A DNA stretch of 64,000 nucleotides from a virus (taxonomy: Duplodnaviria; Caudoviricetes): the IMG/VR virus record IMGVR_UViG_3300032303_002587, positions 33,153 to 97,152 of that record, one strand, 5' to 3'. How positions within the stretch are numbered: the first letter of the stretch is position 1; every line of letters starts with the position of its first letter. The position numbers and the translations under genes were made by a program. Under the pieces are notes generated by a model. It was not told the DNA's origin, made no database searches, and was given only the letters and a program-made list of their open reading frames with translations. This document shows, piece after piece, positions 62,334-64,000 of the stretch.

Positions 62334-62362
62334 TTGACGAAACCAATACAGAAAGGCAATAT
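62334..62362 (+). promoter_or_regulatory. Sigma70-like promoter TTGACG-17-CAATAT, 6 nt before the ATG at 62369
   Basis: Intergenic; leaderless geometry. Confidence 0.55.
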
Positions 62363-62368
62363 AAACCA

Positions 62369-62788
62369 ATGAAACAAAACCTAAAAATCAGTTACCAAAC
62401 CTTCGGCGAAAACAATGCTTACCTTCTCGAAGGAAGCATCAAACAGATCAACCACTTCTTCAATAGTGTCTATAATTGGGAAGGAACTAACGGCAAGTTG
62501 CACGATATGGGCAACGGCAAAGCGTTCTACTTCTACGCTCACCCCGATGATGTGATGAAAGCTCTTACTAAGGTTGCGTTGCATAGCTTGGTCAATAAGA
62601 TCAACGCTAAGGGACGCAAGGGTGGACTGCTTGACCTTGCCAAGGCTAAGGCACAGAGCATTATAGATGAGATGACGCAGACCTGTTTCCTATGGGGTGC
62701 GACTAGCTCTGAAGGGTATAGCCTCGGCACTATCAGTGCAGAGAAGCCAAGTGATTACTGCGGTGCAATCAGTAGCGGAAGGGACTAA
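62369..62788 (+). CDS. Hypothetical early protein
   Basis: Clean ORF with an upstream promoter; higher GC. Confidence 0.75.
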   Translation: MKQNLKISYQTFGENNAYLLEGSIKQINHFFNSVYNWEGTNGKLHDMGNGKAFYFYAHPDDVMKALTKVALHSLVNKINAKGRKGGLLDLAKAKAQSIIDEMTQTCFLWGATSSEGYSLGTISAEKPSDYCGAISSGRD

Positions 62789-62792
62789 TAGT

Positions 62793-63170
62793 ATGACAGC
62801 AGAACTATTCGTAGTAGCATTAACAATCCTTGGCGAAGCGAGGGGCGAAACCTTCGAGGGTATGGCGGGTGTTGCTAGCGTCATACAGACACGCACGATA
62901 GAGCGTAAGCAAACACCTAGCCAAGTGTGCCTATCACCCAAGCAGTTCAGCTTCTGGAATGGTGGAGTAAGTGAAGCTACCAAGAGGAAACTACTGGCAA
63001 CAGCACAAGGCAAGAACGCTCTATACCTTGCTGATCTAGTCATCCATAAACAGATGCCAGACATCGTGAGGGGTGCAAACCATTACCACGCCGTCAGCGT
63101 CGCTCCTAAGTGGGCTAGGGACGCAAGGTTAGTGGCTACAATACGCAACCACAAGTTCTATAAGTTGTAA
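62793..63170 (+). CDS. Cell wall hydrolase, SleB/Hydrolase_2 family
   Basis: LTILGEARGE...VASVIQTR...QFSFWN...GANHYHA...HKFY. Start is the ATG at 62793, 4 nt after the previous stop. Confidence 0.88.
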   Translation: MTAELFVVALTILGEARGETFEGMAGVASVIQTRTIERKQTPSQVCLSPKQFSFWNGGVSEATKRKLLATAQGKNALYLADLVIHKQMPDIVRGANHYHAVSVAPKWARDARLVATIRNHKFYKL

Positions 63171-63240
63171 GTAGCTGAATACCAAAGACTTGCAGAAGGG
63201 GCCTCCCTTGCGCTGTAAGTCCTTGATGGTCAATGAAATT
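63168..63240. repeat. Two further copies of the 25-bp palindrome (63168-63192, 63216-63240) around a GC-rich spacer, forming a long imperfect hairpin
   Basis: TAAGTAGCTGAATACCAAAGACTTG-CAGAAGGGGCCTCCCTTGCGCTG-TAAGTCCTTGATGGTCAATGAAATT. Confidence 0.8.
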
Positions 63241-63256
63241 TAAATGAAAAAATATC

Positions 63257-63284
63257 TTGCAAAATTTCTAAAATGTGATAAATT
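63257..63284 (+). promoter_or_regulatory. Early-type promoter TTGCAA-16-TAAATT with extended TG, 6 nt before the ATG at 63291
   Basis: Duplicate of the 62147 element. Confidence 0.6.
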
Positions 63285-63290
63285 ATAGGT

Positions 63291-63479
63291 ATGAAAAGAA
63301 AAACAAAATTAGAAATCCTCCTCGGAAATTTAGACAAAGCCTCGGCTGACCTCAAAAAAGCCGTTGAAGAATCGCAAAAGAGACTCGATGAAAGTTTCTC
63401 GAAATATGAACACAAAGTTGAAGTTGCTCATCATAACTCTATGATAATCAACGAAAAACAAATTGAAGAAATAATTTGA
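63291..63479 (+). CDS. Small coiled-coil protein (paralogue of 62181-62330)
   Basis: Sequence similarity and identical upstream architecture. Confidence 0.8.
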   Translation: MKRKTKLEILLGNLDKASADLKKAVEESQKRLDESFSKYEHKVEVAHHNSMIINEKQIEEII

Positions 63480-63503
63480 CTTTTGCAGGAATTGTGGTAA
63501 ACT
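63476..63503 (+). promoter_or_regulatory. Early promoter TTGACT-16-TAAACT with extended TG
   Basis: Near-consensus hexamers at the end of the small gene. Confidence 0.65.
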
Positions 63504-63552
63504 ATATACATAAGATAAAAGATAACAAATAACAAAGAAAGAAAAAAATAAA

Positions 63553-63828
63553 ATGACACATAGAATGATAAATTGGAATTTTCAACGAAAACAAATGCGT
63601 GAAAATATGCGAAAAAATATGAATGCTTCTGAAGAAGTAATCATTACTAACTCTAACAATACACCAACATACTTTGGTGAAATATACCTTTACGAAGGAA
63701 CTCTAGTAAAAGTTTCTTACAAAACTTCTGCAAATACTGCGGTTGTAACCTTCCTTGAAGGTATAGACAAAGATAAGGTTGGAACTATCAACCTTAACAA
63801 TGCTAAACTAGTAAAGGAAAATAAATAA
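63553..63828 (+). CDS. Hypothetical early protein
   Basis: ORF behind an A-rich leader. Confidence 0.65.
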   Translation: MTHRMINWNFQRKQMRENMRKNMNASEEVIITNSNNTPTYFGEIYLYEGTLVKVSYKTSANTAVVTFLEGIDKDKVGTINLNNAKLVKENK

Positions 63829-63829
63829 A

Positions 63830-64000
63830 ATGAATAATGAAATTAATAAAAAACAAACTTCCCAAGAATGGGAAATTCAACGCAAAGAAAAAAATCAAGC
63901 TCTTTGGGCTAATCGTAAAAAGCGATGGTCTGAATGGAAAAAGAATAATCCTGAAAAGGCTAAAGCTCACGCCTTACTAAAGGCAAAACTTAATGGAAAA
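63830..64000 (+). CDS. Hypothetical protein, 3'-truncated by the window edge
   Basis: ATG 1 nt after the previous stop; open to the window end (MNNEINKKQTSQEW...). Confidence 0.6.
   Translation, partial: MNNEINKKQTSQEWEIQRKEKNQALWANRKKRWSEWKKNNPEKAKAHALLKAKLNGK

Noticed and set aside
62381-63064. Minus-strand ORFs over the early cassette
   Set aside because: Antisense to well-supported plus-strand genes in a GC-richer stretch where stops are rarer.

Overview
A strongly AT-rich 64-kb segment of a large tailed dsDNA phage (Caudoviricetes). No sheath gene is visible and the tape measure is 1831 aa, so it is probably siphovirus-like. Lipoprotein and spanin-like genes suggest a diderm host. I found no integrase, tRNA, rRNA, CRISPR array or reverse transcriptase. 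Layout: (i) 1-3867, + strand: glycosyltransferases and a Rad52/Erf-like annealing protein. (ii) 3874-61844, almost all - strand: in transcription order, small accessory genes and PhoH, a giant PA14/LamG adhesin-like protein, a Zn-ribbon protein, an ECF-like sigma factor, a putative TerS (broken by one in-frame TAA), an ERCC4 nuclease, TerL, portal, fibres, a lysis cassette, protease/scaffold, decoration protein, major capsid, neck genes, tail tube, chaperones, tape measure, tail tip and collagen/PT-rich fibres. (iii) about 61850-62100: a non-coding strand switch. (iv) 62100-64000, + strand: early-type cassettes bounded by a repeated 25-bp palindrome. Most interesting signals: a GTGTAA(T/A) motif in front of about 16 genes, often 7 nt before the ATG (leaderless), paired with a Cys-rich phage sigma factor; strong Ser/Thr-Gly enrichment in tail and fibre proteins next to a GT4 and a split GT9 (candidate virion glycosylation sequon); a tape measure punctuated by G(F/Y)(I/V)PNF motifs that bracket a nuclease-like insert; a nested scaffold start inside the protease gene; and palindrome-bounded duplicated early cassettes. 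All functional calls come from reading motifs by eye, with no database searches.
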